Source: Lytechinus pictus (Eukaryota). Taken from it: 64,000 nt of DNA. The stretch covers positions 40,860,001-40,924,000 of the forward strand of contig NC_087251.1 of assembly GCF_037042905.1 (NCBI RefSeq). The letters run 5' to 3'. Of this stretch, positions 1 to 13,400 are shown in pieces (position 1 is the first letter of the stretch; every line of letters starts with the position of its first letter). Both the position numbers and the translations under genes were made by a program. The notes under the pieces are model-generated. The model searched no databases. It was not told where the DNA came from and saw nothing but the letters and a program-made list of their open reading frames with translations.

Positions 1-155
1 AAAGTTTACATGCAAGACTCTTACGACAAATGTTATTCCATCCCAGTTATTTTACAATGAACTTTTGATACAATTCTGTTGGGTGCCCTTGCAAATCACG
101 ATATTTCTGGTCATTTTCACAAGTGGGCGAGACACAACATCGCTTATAACTTGTT
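1..155 (+). mobile_element. 3' end of a Helentron/HINE (DINE-1/pearl-like) non-autonomous element, same family as 13644-14230
   Basis: Bases 1-58 match 14169-14226. GTGGGCGAGACA (123-134) is the inverted copy of TGTCTCGCCCAC at 13644. Ends in acttgttttt. Confidence 0.7.
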
Positions 156-795
156 TTTAATAGTTTCTCCAGGTAATTGAGTTTAAAAATAAAAACCTCT
201 TAAATCAATGAGGCATTCTGTTTCCAAGAAATTTTTTTTTTCAATGTAATTGGAAAAATTAACATCATCCAAGTTATCCTATATTATCACTATGAATATT
301 GAACTCTAGTTTGCAACATTTAGAAATGGAAGAGTAATCATGTTGGAAAAACAATATCATGACAATGATTCTGTATAGGATACATTATTGTCTTCGGGAA
401 GGACATCAAGGTGAATGATCACTTAATGATTCTTGAAAATATATATTTTAATATTATTAGTATGAACTATTATATTATGTTAAAGGTGGCATATCATCAT
501 AAAAAGTAATGAATTATGACTATGAAACCTCATGGTCAAGGTTGATTGTCATACATGTATGAATCAAATGAAAATCAACTAATGTTTGATTTGAAGTTGA
601 TTAATGTAAGACATGTGACTGGTTAACATGGATCGAAAAACATAAGGTAATAAATTGGCTTAGAAAAGCTGAGACAGAGTAAGAAGTGCTTAGATTACAG
701 ACCACATACCACTTGTTAATTGCCCTTGAAATTGAGTCTCTGCTAGGCATTCATGGAGGATAAAGTATTCTTTAACCTTCTCACTTATTTTCAAG

Positions 796-1162
796 AGGTG
801 TATTCAGACAGACTCGATCACCAGAATGCTTGCTAAATTACAAGAATTTGTTCATGCCTCAAAATTCCCTGTAAATCATTTTCTGCATTCACACCGACCT
901 CAAAGTTATGAGCATTCGCAGTTTGGTCTGATTAGCAGGTAAGGCGTTTGCACCTTAGTGATCCCTGGATTAAGAAGTTTTCATAATTTTGGCAAGTACC
1001 TGCTATTTAGCAGGTATTTTCTTTCGGGAATATTACAGTTATTTTGCTTCCACATTTGCAAAAATACCTGGTACTTATTTTCTGATCAGGGTAGATCAGG
1101 GTAAATTTCCTGATCAGAGAATACCTGGTATTCTCAAACTTTGATGTGGTTTGAATACGCCT
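796..1162 (-). mobile_element. PIF/Harbinger-like MITE, diverged inverted relative of 9955-10416
   Basis: Ends AGGTGTATTCAGAC / GTTTGAATACGCCT. The interior is reverse-complementary to 9990-10130. Confidence 0.65.
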
Positions 1163-2220
1163 TAGGAGTTGCAAGGCGACAAGAGGGTTATTCTCTTGAC
1201 ATAGTTTTGTTGGTATCCCATTTCTCTGGCAAGAACAGCTGAGCTTTAACAAACCTATCAGTTCTTACTGCATCATCAATCAAATTCACATATTTGTCAA
1301 CATTTCCCTCATTTGATACAGCCACTTGATATTGATGTGTGTTTATGGAAGCTAAAGAGCTACATTTCAAATGTATTAAGTAAAGGGACTTCAGAATACC
1401 ACACTTAAGTGTAAGAATTTCAGCTGGAAAAATCACCCATGTTGCCACAAACGCCTTATACTTTTGAATCTTCATACACGCACAAGCAATCAATATCTTT
1501 CTTTAAAAAATCTAAAGGCATAAATAAGAAACCTTAAAAACAATAGTAAGTCTTTGAGTTATCTTTTCAACTGTTTTTGGGCAATTCCATAACACATGAA
1601 TGGCTCTATTTCAAAACTTTTTTAAAATTAGAATTATGCAGGAAGGGTTATCATCAATCATTTAGATTTTGTTCCTTCGATCATGACTCTGTTCAGGAGT
1701 ACATGAAAACAGTAGGGAAAATCGGATAGCATATAATCAAAATGAAATTTAATTGGAGATACTTGGTAATTATCAAGTCTTTTTTTTATTATTTGTTTAG
1801 TTGGATATTATCAAATCTAAAATAAGTCAGGGAATTCAGATTTATAAATTGATTCCTTTACCGTGGCTGTCTGTGTAAATCCTTCCAACTAAGGAATTGT
1901 CAGTTGCCATCATGTAAAATGTTCATATCAAAATGAAAATATTATTTGGTGCTTCTATTCCTCAGAACCTGTATACTGTCATGTCAAACCTACCTTCATT
2001 AGAAAAAACACTTTGATTCTATGCCTTCATTTATCTTGTCTTTTTGGGGTAGCATCAGTTACGGACATAATTTTGCTTGCTGTTCTCTTAATAGTGCAGG
2101 TATGGTGAAAAATTTCCCAACACTTTCAGAAGCTTCTTTAACTTTGCACACCACAGGTACCTTAATTTACAGAAAGTTCCCAATGTGTAATGTCACTTCC
2201 TGTGGTATTGTCCATGTTTT

Positions 2221-3175
2221 TTGTCTCACCTGCATAGCAGAGTGAGACTATAGGCGCCGCTTTTCCGACGGCGGCGGCGGCGGCGGCGTCAACACCAAAT
2301 CTTAACCTGAGGTTAAGTTTTTGAAATGACAGCATAACTTAGAAAGTATATGGACCTAGTTCATGAAACTTGGCCATAAGGTTAATCAAGTATTACTGAA
2401 CATCCTGCCTGAGTTTCATGTCACATGACCAAGGTCAAAGGTCATTTAGGGTCAATGAACTTAGACCATGTTGGGGGAATCAACATCAAAATCTTAACCT
2501 AAGGTTAAGTTTTTGAAATGTCATCATAACTTAGAAAATATATAGACCTAGTTCATGAAACTTATACATAAGATTAATCAAGTATCACTGAACATCCTGC
2601 ATGAGTTTCACGTCACATGACCAAGGTCAAAGGTCATTAAGGGTCAATGAACTTTGGCCGAATTGGGGGTATCTGTTGAATTACCATCATAACTTTGAAA
2701 GTTTATGGATCTGATTCATGAAACTTGGACATAATAGTAATCAAGTATTACTGAACATCCTGTGCAAGTTTCAGGTCACATGATCAAGGTCAAAGGTCAT
2801 TTAGGGTCAATGAACTTTGGCCAAATTGGGGTATTTGTTGAATTACAGCCATAAATTTGAAAGTGTGTTGGTCTAGTTCATAAAACTTGGACATAAGAGT
2901 AATCAAGTATCACTGAACATCCTGTGCGAGTTTCAGGTCACATGATCAAGGTCAAAGGTCATGTAAGGTCAAAGAACTTTGGCCACGTTGGGGGTATTTG
3001 TTGAATTGCCATCATATCTCTATAAGTGTATTGGTCTAGTTCATAAAACGTGGAAATAAGAGTAACCAAGTATCACTGAACATCTTGTGCGAGTTATAGT
3101 AGTTTTCAAAATCAGCACTGCTGCTATATTGAATGGCGTGATGCAGGTGAGACGGCCAGAGGCATTCCACTTGTT
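2221..3175 (+). mobile_element. Complete Helentron/HINE-like element with (CGG)n microsatellite and ~5 tandem units of 162-192 bp
   Basis: 5' TGTCTCACCTGCAT plus a nearby inverted GTGAGAC, then (CGG)n. Units start at 2333, 2525, 2688, 2850 and 3013. 3' ATGCAGGTGAGAC then ...CACTTGTTTT; T-rich flanks. Confidence 0.8.
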
Positions 3176-4012
3176 TTCTTTAATATTCCAGATTTTCATA
3201 TTGAATTTTTGACAACTTACATGTAAAGACAATTCAGTAGCCAATGAGGATAGCTGCATGTGCCACTATTCAAAAGAAAAATGAGGCAAAAGGTGCCAAA
3301 TAACTTGAACAATACTCTATTCTGCAAAATACATTTGTTGCACAAGGAAACAACTAATTCAACATGCTATCACTCACTACCTCATAGAGAAAAATGACCC
3401 GACTGAATTTGTTTATGCGTAATTGCTTTTCAAGATGCATTGAATTTCCGATTGAGCCTGGTAGTAGCCCCGTACCGCAGAACAACCCTGTTACAGGTAT
3501 TGTTCATATCAGATGTTGAGGTTTTTCCTGCTCCAGGTGCTAATTGGGGATTTCATCGAGTTGTCATGCCCTTTCAAGACGGATTAAACAAAACCTGCTA
3601 AAGACCAGAGGTTATTGCCAGCATTCCTCATCTCAAAGCTTTTATTTTCATTGTTTGCTTGTAAACAGAGTCAGTCAGTTGGAAGCTTGCTCCACCTCTT
3701 CCTCCCCCCCCCCCCCACTTTCTCTCTCTCTCTCTTTCTCTCCGTTTTTCGCATAATTCCCAATAATCTGCTGTCATATCTCTGAGAGAGGAAATTGCAG
3801 TTAAATAATCATATCCCTTTTACGAACAATTCAAGTCATACCAATTTTATCTGTTTTCACTATACTCTCTTAAAAATTTCATCAAAAAATCTTTGAAAAA
3901 ATATGTTACTTGAGATTAAACAAAATTAATGTGGATTTGAACCTAAAATATAAAAGCCTTTTTCATTCAAATGTTAACAACAAATTCGCTTTTATTCTTT
4001 GCTGAATTTTAG

Positions 4013-4116
4013 GACAAGCCAGGTGGAAGAAGGTCCAAGGAGCAGTAGCAATAGTTTCTATACCAGTCTGAAATATAACAATATGACAGGAGGGGTTACA
4101 AACAAGCATCAAACAG
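4013..4116 (+). CDS. Probable internal coding exon of an unidentified plus-strand gene
   Basis: Pyrimidine tract plus ttttAG| at 4012 and ACAG|GTATGT at 4116. Only one frame is open (TSQVEEGPRSSSNSFYTSLKYNNMTGGVTNKHQT); ends in phase 1. Confidence 0.55.
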
Positions 4117-5022
4117 GTATGTTATATTATGTGCAACATACAAAATGTTGCTGCCAAATTGATAGCAATTATATTATGTATTAGATTGCAGATTTGCCCA
4201 TCATATAGACGATTGTGTTCTGCACTTTGTCAGTCCTCAAATTGATAGCTTTGAGCTATAGAATCACATTATGTAGCGTTATCATTACATGGAGTGTATA
4301 TAAAGTATGCACAAAATGAAAGTGTATTGCGCTCTGTACTCTCTTTGTAGTAGTGTGTTGCACTGAGAACTATTATCAACAATCGCAGGTTTCTCATATT
4401 TACATACATAGGAGAAACAAAACTTCTCAGCTATGTCTGAATTTAGCCATATTTCAGTTTCTGATGTGGAATATAATGCAAATAATCACCCCGTCTCTTA
4501 ATTTCTGTAAAGGAGTTTAGCGATACGAATGGATGCGCTATCTTTCTCCAGCTAAATCTCTTCTGAAATGATAGCTTTTCTAATCACTTTCACCAATGAT
4601 TATTATATGCTTTCTATATTCCTTCTATGAATATTCATGTGTATTGGAAGTAACTGGTTCATCGGTTGATGCCCATGTGATGAAAAACAAAATTTCAAAT
4701 TTTCCGGGGCATGCTCAATTTAATATTTCATTGAGCATGCACAGTTCTGCCCCAGAAAATAATAGCAAAAACTTGTGAGAGCTCTAGCCGAGTTTTGGGG
4801 CGCAGCAGACATTAGGTTGTTTCTAGGTGAACGAGGTTTATTAAACACATCACGTCTAGCAGTACAAAACTGAATTGAACATGAATGAATTACCGATAAA
4901 AATAAACATCACAAATTATTAAATATACAAGTAACATTTTAAATCTAAATCAAAAGGTCACTTTCGAGGTCATTTGAGTATCCATAGAGCAATATAAATT
5001 TGATTCATTCTATTGTATTTAA

Positions 5023-6546
5023 AGGACAAGTCCACCCCAACAAAAAGTTGATTTGAATAAAAAGAGAAAAATCCAACAAGCATAACACTGAAAATTTCAT
5101 CAAAATCAGATGTAAAATAAGAAAGTTATGACATTTTAAAGATTCGCTTAATTTCACAAAACAGTAATATACACATCCTGGCTGGTATGCAAATGAGGAG
5201 ACTATGACGTCATCCACTCACTATTTCTTTTGTATTTTATTGTATGAAATATGAAATATTCTAATTTTCTCCTCCTTGTCAAGTGATACAACAATTAATC
5301 CTCCCTGAACATGTGTAATTAGCATTGTTTAATACTTTATGGTTCATTCAAGTTGGTCCTTATTGTCAAATCTATAAAAAATGAAATATTGTATAATTAA
5401 AACAATAAAAAACAAAAGAAATAGTGAGTGATGGACATCATCGACTGATTCACCTCACTAGGGCCGTCTGCACCATCCCGAGTTTTCAAATTAGCGCGCT
5501 ATTTCTGATCCGGCAAATTATCCCGAATTCTGAAAAATCTCGAGATTGTTTGCAGTGGAGACGCAATTATCGCGCTAGTTCGTAGGATTAATCTCGAGAT
5601 TGCAATCCCAAATCAACTCGGGTTTATTTGCAAAATAGCGCGCTATTTCACGAATTATCCCGCTAATTCGTAGGTGCAGACGCACTCGAGATTGGACTCG
5701 GAGTAATTTATTCATGACGTCAGTCCATAATGCAATTCGCGTTCCACTTCCGCCTTGCTCAAAACATAAACACATCGCGATTGTACCGAACACGTGCGAA
5801 AGTCAACTTTACACACGAATAGACATTATCGCGAATAGCGTTCATCAATTCCCCAATCAGCAACGATGGTGTCCCACCAGTGAATGGATTTTGGGAGAGA
5901 CCAGACCGATGGGGGAGGCGCTCATATCGACGATGGTCATAGTCAATAAAAGCACTGACAGCAGTGTCGTCTTATTCCTTCGCAAAATGTGAGCAGATAG
6001 CATTTCTTTCCTCCTTCTCTCTCTCTCTCTCTCTCCCTCTCTGTCGTTGCCTCCTTCTCCGCCATCATATTTAACGAAGAATACATCACTTCTTTACTCG
6101 CTGAGCGCGGCTGAGCTGAGAGGATTGTTGCATAACACCGGTCGAATTCGGCGAAAGTGCAAGTGAAATGAGTACATTGATTGCATATCGCGCGCGGGAA
6201 TTTATTCAAAAGAGCGGGCCGTTGAAACTCAAATATCCGAAAGTGCGCATGCTCGGAATATCGGGCCTGTTGCCTCGCTCGAGCAGGAATTGCTCTTCTT
6301 GCGATGGTGGAGACGGGGTTTCTTGAATCTCGAGATTAATCGCGAAAAGTGCCGATCGGGCTAAAAGAGATTGAGCAAACTCGGGATGTTGCATCACCGC
6401 CTACTGTTTTGTGAAAAATAAGCGAAACTTTAAAATGTCATAACTTTCTTATTTTACATCCGATTTTGATAAAATTTTCAGCACTATGATAGGTTGATTT
6501 TTCTCTATTTATTCAAGTCAGCATTTTCCTGGGGTGGACTTGACCT
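5023..6546 (+). mobile_element. Kolobok-like long-TIR MITE (TTAA target), interrupted by a nested element
   Basis: TTAA|AGGACAAGTCCACCCC ... GGGGTGGACTTGACCT|TTAA with >100-bp imperfect inverted arms. Confidence 0.8.
5461..6401. mobile_element. Nested GC-rich PIF/Harbinger-like non-autonomous element
   Basis: TIRs GGCCGTCTGCACCATCCCGAGTTT / AAACTCGGGATGTTGCATCACCGCC. It splits the host MITE and contains (CT)n at ~6015-6042. Confidence 0.75.
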
Positions 6547-6550
6547 TTAA

Positions 6551-7086
6551 AGGTCAAAATCCACCTCAGAAAAATGTTGATAATGCTGAAATTTTCATCA
6601 AAATCAGATGTAAAATAAGAAAGTTACGACATTTTAAAGTTTTGCTTATTTTTCACAAATTAGTTATGAGCACAACTCAGTACTTGCGAATGATTCAGTC
6701 AATGATGTCCATCACTCACTATTTCTTTTGTTTTTTATTGTTCAAATTATACATTATTTCAATTTTTGCAGATTTGATAATAAGGACCAACTTGACTGGA
6801 CTATAAAATGTTAAGCAGTATTCAACATAAAACTTTGTTTCACAGGACAATGAGGAGAAAATTAGAATATTTCATATTTCATATAATAGAATACACAAGA
6901 AATAATGAGTGAGTGATGTCATCAGTTCCCTCATTTGCATACCAACAGGGATGGGCATTTAACTGCTTTGTGAAATTAAGCGAAACTTTAAAATGTCATA
7001 ACTTTCTTATGACATTTTCGGTATTATGCTTGATGGGTTTTTCTCTTTTTATTCAAATCAACTTTTTATTGGGGTGGACTTGTCCT
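6551..7086 (-). mobile_element. Second Kolobok-like MITE copy, inverted relative to 5023-6546 and sharing its TTAA
   Basis: TTAA|AGGTCAAAATCCACC ... GGGGTGGACTTGTCCT|TTAG. The asymmetric core is the reverse complement of the first copy's core. Confidence 0.8.
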
Positions 7087-8033
7087 TTAGTAAAGTTCCT
7101 ATTAGTCATCTTTGGCTGCATGAAACTTTTTTCTCAAAAAGCTTTTTTTTTCCAATTTTAAGTGAATTACTAAGAAAACAAAAGAATGATATAGATATTT
7201 TAAACTCCTTGTTGATAACTAGAAGAGACTCTATTGATCTCTATAACCATCAGCGACCATACATCTGGCTCTGGTTTTGTATGACGGCGAATTCAAAAGC
7301 CATCTCAGCCAGTCCTATAAAACAGTTCAAGGCTTGCCATGCTTATTCTCCAATTATCAAATTTAGAAAAATGCTGAAGGTCCTTTAAGAATGTTGTAAT
7401 TGGACAATCTCACATCATCTTCACCGAGTATTCATGGAGACGTCGTGACAAATTCTCTTCTCCCCGAATACTTTTTTTTTTAAATCTTCAAAAAGAATAC
7501 ATTCAAAAGCAGCCATCAATTTAAACCCCAAAGTAGTTCGTAAACCAAGGGAGATGTGGGGTTAATTTGACAATTTTTGAGAAGTTACTCCCAAAAGATG
7601 TTGTAAATTGCTTCATAAATAGATTTATTTATCTAATCAAGATGGATATGGCAAGATGTTTGGATGTTGTGTATAGAATTCGTCTCCCAACGTATCTCCT
7701 TTTGTATATGCATTTTATTAATTTTTTTAGAATAAATCATGTGAGATATCCAGTCATTTAAGGCTATGCAAGTAGAATAATTGGTGATGATGAGCCAATT
7801 GCATTCTCTTATCATTTTGATGACATTCCTTCACACTTTGGATAAATCAGATCATGGGTAGTTGCATTGTAGAGGAAACACATTCGTAGATGTCATGCAT
7901 TAGAAATAAAACTGGGTAAAACTGGAAAAGTACCATGTTTCATGTATGTAGCTTTCAACTTGTCACTTTCTGTTATAATAGAGGGTTATATGTTACCAGC
8001 ATTCCCTTGAGCTGCAAGACTGTGTTCTCAGTA

Positions 8034-8537
8034 TAGGCCCACTTTCTTGAACTGGTTTCCCTTAAACCAATTTAGGAAACCAGTTTAGAAGATTGCTTCG
8101 TTACCATCCTCAACACCATCTCCTGAACTGGTTTCCACAGCAACTTCATGTAAAGTAGTCTTGTTGTTGTGGGAACGCTCTCGGTTGAGTCACATGTTTC
8201 CTGCAAAATTTGAAACCGAAGCCTAGGCATTCTACACACAGTGTGTATTGAGAAGCGCACCTAACATGCACATGTTCTTGTACTTCTGTGCGACGATCGC
8301 TTCCCAAAGAATGGTTGTGTCCTCACTTATGCTTAAACCAGTTTATCTAGGCAAAGCGGTCTTGAAAACCACATTGCAAGGAGGTTTACCAAATTGGTTT
8401 GGGAGACCACGTAAGATCGCTTTAAGTACCCCTTCAAGCTTCCCCGTTAGGCAATTACATATCAAACTAGTTTCCACTGAACTGGTTTCCACTCTAAAAC
8501 TAGTATACAAATGTACTGTGTATAAGAAAAGGATCTA
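8034..8537. mobile_element. MITE-like element with repeated AACTGGTTTCC/GGAAACCAGTT subterminal motifs
   Basis: Ends TAGGCCCACTTTCTT / AAGAAAAGGATCTA, with many direct and inverted copies of the motif. Confidence 0.5.
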
Positions 8538-8707
8538 ATACTAGTTTATAATCCCTGGTATGTTTTTTTTTTGTGGGACCTAATTAAAGGAGACTGTGTC
8601 TGTAGAAAGGGAAAGATGTTTGAATCAATAAGTGGTAACCACACATTCCCCAGATCAAGTTGATCTGTAGATGATATTAAATCTTGTTCTTGACATGTCT
8701 ACCACAG

Positions 8708-8763
8708 ACACGGGATCAATTTCCCTTCCAATGTGGGTAGTCAAACCCTCTGTGTCGACCTGA
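8708..8763 (+). CDS. Candidate terminal coding exon A of the plus-strand gene
   Basis: Acceptor ctaccacAG| at the start of a GC-richer non-repeat block. A phase-1 join to 4116 gives DTGSISLPMWVVKPSVST*. A phase-2 frame stays open to TGA 8870, so the frame is uncertain. AATAAA at ~9510. Confidence 0.3.
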
Positions 8764-9954
8764 CCCCTATTGCAAGCCTCCAGTCTGATCTTGACTTGGT
8801 CCCAGCGTGTCCCAAAGGGAGCCCGGGGTCTCCCCCAAGGCCCCCATCGATCATCAGTGAACACCAATGACCCACAAACTAGGTGCGTGTAACACCGAGG
8901 ACAGATGCGCTGGCCCAGTTCCTATCCCCTGTGCGAATCATGCCTGATCCTCGTCCAAACACCCACCAATTGTTTTTCCAGCTCCAGCAGCTTCAATGGG
9001 CCACCCTTAAAGGCATGTTTTGCTTCTCCAGTTTTACCTTCTTCAACTATTGTCAATTTCTACCATTCTCAGTCCATGAGAGATCAACTAAAAGTGCCCT
9101 TTATCTACCACTTATTGTTTCTTCATCATTGCCTTTAGGATGCTGTATTAAACAGTCTGGGATATTTTTTTCCTTTTCCAGTGTAGATTGGCAATCTAAC
9201 CTACTGCCTCATTTCCCCCTATTTCTCTATTTTTTACCCCTCCCCCCATCAATTTTTTGGATACTCTAACCATAATTCTGATTTTTTTTTCCCTTTTCTC
9301 TCACTTTTTTTCTAAATCCTGCATCATTTTGTTGAGTGCCAGACATGTATGTTTTAATTTTCTTCAAAATTGAAGATCTAACCTTGCAATGGTTTTAAAG
9401 AATTGATGTTTATTAATTGATTTTACACTACTCTATGTGAAACTTTTATTGAATCCATTGTTTTACCCACTTTCAAATGGTAAAAAATGTGTACTTTGAT
9501 GTTCTTTCAAATAAAAGCAACTCCCTACTCTATTAATGTTACTTACAAACAAAAAGAATGAGAATAAGATCATGAAAAACATCCTTTGTTCCTTTCCAAA
9601 TAAGAATATATTTGATGTATAGATTCATCCTTTAAACAAATAGACATTATTTTCAAGTGATCCAGATCTAATTGAAAGAAGTGAAAAGGGGGAAAAAACT
9701 GAAAATTGGCCGAGGATAATAGCAGAGAGGGTTTGAATTATCTTTGTCAAATAAAAATGAAGTTTGGAGAGTAAATCCTATGGACAATACAAGGTTGACA
9801 TGTTAGAATGAATGTAAACTAGAAGGACTTTGGGCAATATTTATATCTGTCTGAGGACTCCTCTTGAGTATGGCTTAGGGAGCTTGATTGAAGACATGAA
9901 TGGGGGGGACATGGTAGGGACTTGGATTTTTCAAACTAGTCATACATTCTCACA

Positions 9955-10416
9955 GGGTGGTTTCAGACCGCCTCATAGTTCGTCAGTTCCAGGTATTTTC
10001 TGATCAAGAAATTAACCCGGATCAGAAAATACCAGGTAATTTTGGAAATGTGAAAGCAAATTACGCCTTATCTCCCCGACAGAAAATACCCGCTTGATAG
10101 TAGGTACATGTCAAAATTATGAGAACTTTAGCAGGGATTTTTCCATGGTCGCAGGTATTTTGGCAATGTGAATGTGGCAGCGTGTAGTAGGGCGCGGGCA
10201 CTGTGGGTGGCTGCTGAGCTAGCGATTTTGAATCTTGCGCCTTGCTTGCTTATCAGACCGTATACTGCGCATGCTTGTATCTTCAGGAACTTATCCTGAA
10301 GGGTATGTTTTGTGGCGGTGTGAATGTGGAAATGATTAACTGGTATTTTCTTGCCTGAAAAAAAGTTCTCGTAATTTAACGGGGATTCTTGTGATCATGG
10401 TGGTTTGAAACCACCT
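9955..10416 (+). mobile_element. PIF/Harbinger-like MITE
   Basis: TIRs GGTGGTTTCAGACCGCC / GGTGGTTTGAAACCACC; homologous to 796-1162. Confidence 0.7.
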
Positions 10417-13400
10417 ATAGTCACACATTGAAGATGTTTTTTTTAAACGGCATAAAAGATTTCGTTATTTCTGAACAGTTTGTAAGATACATATTTTTGT
10501 GTCTTCTTATTCCGAATAAAACCAGTTGAAAAGTGGGAGGAAGTTAGTATTATATTCATTGTAGATTCATGGAGAGTAGTAGTATATATTTTTTAATCTT
10601 TTTTTTTTGCCTTATTTTTTTTTGTTTTGTCAAAGGTTATCACTGCCTAATGATATAATTCATCTATAATAAATTCAAGTTATTTAGTATTCCAAACAAA
10701 TACCTTTTAAACAAATACCTTTTTAGTGGTTCACGTAAGAACCATTTATCATTGATATATCGACCAGAATACATTTTCCTTTAGTCATGCTATTATTCTA
10801 CAGAACAATTAAATGGAACACTTGTGATTTTATTACATTGATTATTATTTTTAGAGTGAGACGAGTAAAAATCTACACATATGTGTCATATCTGCTTTCA
10901 TATGCCAAGTTTCTTGAATGTACTTATGGCAATAGAGGGACATGTCAATGTCATAATAAATTTGTAATTCAATATGCTGTTTATTCTTCACTTTCTTTCT
11001 TAGTATGAGTATGAGCTCGCATGTTGACTGTTATTGCTTAAATTGACTTCCTGACTCAACTTTCAGCACTCATCATATCCTTTATTATTATACCTCTAAA
11101 ACTTCTTACAAAAACTACAACATGGTAGGTAAGGAGCTGGTGTTATTGATCCTCGCATATTGTATCACATTGTATTTGTGATTTTGTTGATATGGTGGTA
11201 ATGTCTGTGTAAGAAAGATGTCAACGATACCACAGATTCCTTAAACACAAAGTGAAAGAAAAGTAAAATGGACTTGAAACTGGTCATTGCTCCTAGATTA
11301 TACTTTCCAGTTTTGACTTCCACCGTAAATTCAGACTAGGGAAAGTAAGGTATGGCAGGTGTTTTACCTTGTCAAATTGTTTTTATGATATTCACAACGT
11401 CATTTCATTGTACACCTCGGTCTCTGATGGAAATTTATCCATATTTGTCTTTCATGTTTTATAGCTCCAGCTGTTTAGAATAATGTAAAATGGTTCATTT
11501 TTTGCTTTGTTTTTTTTTTCATGAGTGTAATTAGCCATATTTGTTTGTAAATCAAGAATCTTCTTTCAATAATCATTTTACTCCATATGCATGTGACATT
11601 AAAGCATGTCATAAAAAGGCAATCAAAAGCTTTCCAACGCGCTTTATGACCTGTAAAATAATGTTGGTGACATTGAATTCTAGGTTCTCATAAACCATTT
11701 TAAAAAGAATGTCCAGGAGTTGAAAATATGGATTACCGTCTATATAGATCTCTCAGGTACTTTTTACTATGAATGGAGGTGCACTTTAGATCTTTTACTT
11801 CATTCATTAATAAAATGATTAAAAGTACCAAATGCAAGAAAATTACTGTCCATTGAAACAGATTTTAACTTGATTTGTGAGGAAATCATTCACTCACTCA
11901 TGCGAGTAGGTCCATGGTTAGAGCCAGAATGCTGTAAAGTGTTATGTGCCTTGCTTCATACATAATGTACCTGTAGATATTACCTTCTACAATGGAAGTC
12001 ATTCCCATATTGCGTCTGGATACTTGATGATATAAAAATGATTTATGTGATGGTATTTCCCACCTATTCCTTTTTATTGGACAGGAATGCATGTTTATAG
12101 TCTGTTTTGAATCATGAAAGGGAGGATACATGTCACATTCTTCCGCCTTCCATCATATAAAATTAAAAATATCACAATAAAACAACAGGTATTCATATCA
12201 AAACAGGAGGTAGTTAAAAGGAAATGATCTTTTGATATTCAGGATGCTCTGTATAACTAACAAAATATAGGGTTACACCTTAGATGGGCAGTTCAGGAAA
12301 AGAAGATGGATTTATTTATTTAAATTGCGGTTTCTTGGTGATTTAAGTATTTATTTGTCTGTAGGACTAAGCATAAGAGATACTTCATTAATTGCGATAA
12401 ATTGAAGTTCATATCATTCATTTATACATGAATGTAATATGTAAGAATAATAATCTTGCTATAGGATTGGTTAAAAGTCAGTCACGTGATAGAGGGTAGT
12501 TTCCCATCAATCATCACTCGCAGTGATGGAACTTATGCATTTCGCTGATCGCTTTCAGCCCTTAGGCTCATAACGCATTATAAATCAGTCTGAGTACGGC
12601 TACGCACAAAATGGAAGAGGTCATTGCTTCTCGATTGCTTTTGTCCATCAATCCCCAACATAGTCAGTGACAATTGTGGAAGATCTAGATGCGTGTGCGC
12701 AGTTGACATGTACGCGCTAGCAGTGAAACTTTCGCGCAAAATTAAAGCGTATCGCCCCTTGATTTTATTGTTGTAAAAATCCTTTGTGAGGTCAAGGTCA
12801 CTTTAACCCTATAGCACCTACAGACTCCTATGCATAATGGCAATTACTCACTGGAGGAAACGATAAAACTGGTAATAAGTAGGCATTGTTCCAAACAAAT
12901 TGAAATAGTTTTTTATAAATTTACTTTTGTTCATTACAAGTTATATTTATTTTGTAGCATAGGACCTGTTGAATAGAATGGTACATGGCAAAGTTCAATC
13001 AGATGTACGAATATTGACCTTTGACAATCGTTTGCAGAGCGAGAAGAAAAAAAACAAAAGTTCGTGTTTCAGCCGCCCCAGTCCCACGCCTTCAAAAAAA
13101 TGTAAAGTATCACTGACAGAATACTAAAGTTTTCGCCAAATTTTGGATCAAATATGTCAAAAATTCATTCCAACTCACATCTAGATGTCACTCTGTGATA
13201 TCCAACGTTTTGATGAACATATAGCAACGCCCGAGCTTCTTCGGCGAAGTAAGTGGTTTTCCGAGACTTGGACGCAGCCATCTTTGCTGAGATCGACTGC
13301 TCAACAGTCTGGAACTTGCTACACACCGATGCATGTCAATCGGTTTTTCTCTATTATACTCAATAGGAGCATACGCTTTTCTATGCAGATCTATATAGCA

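Noticed and set aside
2333..3100. Regular repeats that might suggest a CRISPR array
   Set aside because: Contiguous ~160-bp tandem units without unique spacers, eukaryotic context, and no cas genes.
5575..6397. Cluster of ORFs in the nested GC-rich element as a possible transposase
   Set aside because: Short, on both strands, with no DDE or Myb-like motifs; explained by higher GC content.
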